Shown here in pieces: positions 62,946-64,000 of a stretch of DNA of 64,000 nt. The stretch's first letter is position 1; each line of letters begins with the position of its first letter. The DNA is from Vicugna vicugna. Taxonomy: Eukaryota. Where the stretch lies: the NCBI GenBank assembly GCA_013265495.1, contig MU058065.1, forward strand, positions 9,899,720 to 9,963,719, written 5' to 3'. A program made the position numbers and the translations under genes. The notes below the pieces were generated by a model. The model ran no database searches. It saw nothing but the letters and a program-made list of their open reading frames with translations, and had not been told where the DNA came from.

Positions 62946-64000
62946 TTAAGCTCAAGAAATGGCCTCACCTGTTCCCCGAGCAACCACCTTCTTTTCCGCA
63001 GGCACGGCCCTCCCTATCTAAGTCGCTGTCTTTTCTCCTTTGTCTTAACAAAATTCTATTTATCCACCAGTTGACTATCAAATGGTCCTATATAATTTTA
63101 TCCCTTCTGATCTATTTCTCTTTTCTGTAAATAACACTTATTTTTTTGTGGCAAGCAAATTAGAACCAGTCTGTATTATCCTGTATTCTTTCAGGCTGCC
63201 TTACATAAACTGACTATCAGGTCTTTAAGGACAGGATCACGTCTGTGGGCCTAGCCTCGTGCCAGCACAGACAGAGTAAACGCTAAACCTTTTTTGACCC
63301 AACAGTTGCAGGAAACGCTGAGAGACAAACATTGTGCATTCCTCAGTGGAGTGGCTCTGAAGTTTCCCAGAATTGTTTATTGCTGCTCTGGCTTACTAAT
63401 TTTAAGTGTGACAAAAATGCTCTGGCCCATTCATAAAGTTCTCTGGCATCACGACATGTCTTTAATCTTCTGTAGTTAAATATCATCACAGCCAAATGCA
63501 GTGATATAATAAAAAGCAATCTATTATCATAATAAGTTGCCAGGAGTACAATCAGTCAAAATGGCAGTTCTCTGACACCCTGCCATCCCCAGACTCCCCT
63601 TCGACAATGTGTGACATAAGCTAATTTACATGTTTTCTGTGTAAAGCAGAATCAGAGAAGTCTGATAACAGACATAGAATCACCAGGAATAGCCTAAAAA
63701 TGGTAATGTCAAGCTTGCCCATCCTATCCAGGATGTCATTCCGATGCAGGCACTTGTATGTTAATTTATTATGGTGTTAATCCATTCTGAAAATGCCGAT
63801 CTCCACAGTCCCACTACCACAGGTAGTTGAACAGCCAAACTCATGTAAGAAATTGGACAGAGCAGGTATGATGGCCGCGGAGTCTCATTAGTTATACAAG
63901 GGTTTTTTAGAGGCTGAGAAAGACTTCATTGCTCTGACAAGAAGGTATTCATCTACGTTTTAAAACTGGCAAGACATTACCAATTTCATGGTTCTATTCC

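Overview
AT-rich, CpG-poor mammalian non-coding DNA, most likely a large intron or gene desert. The lineage is very likely camelid (alpaca, llama or camel), inferred from tRNA-derived SINEs resembling the Vic-1 type and from young L1 3' ends. I recognise no intact protein-coding gene: the ORF track is chance ORFs and decayed L1 ORF2. The window contains young SINE and L1 insertions with readable target-site duplications (TSDs), ancient L2, MIR, MaLR, ERVL and DNA-transposon fragments, microsatellites and a 32-nt U2 snRNA retrocopy. The best leads are: (1) a candidate minus-strand TATA promoter and first exon ending ATG|GTAAGT near 29.3-29.5 kb, plus a few isolated exon-like segments that could belong to unannotated transcripts; (2) several repeat-free, CpG-retaining blocks with enhancer-like motifs, including two optimal TCF/LEF sites; (3) repeated reuse of the same retrotransposon target sites; (4) two non-tandem ~55-bp local duplications about 1-1.3 kb apart. 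I cannot support a new biological system from sequence alone. Repeat family names come from remembered consensus sequences and boundaries are approximate.
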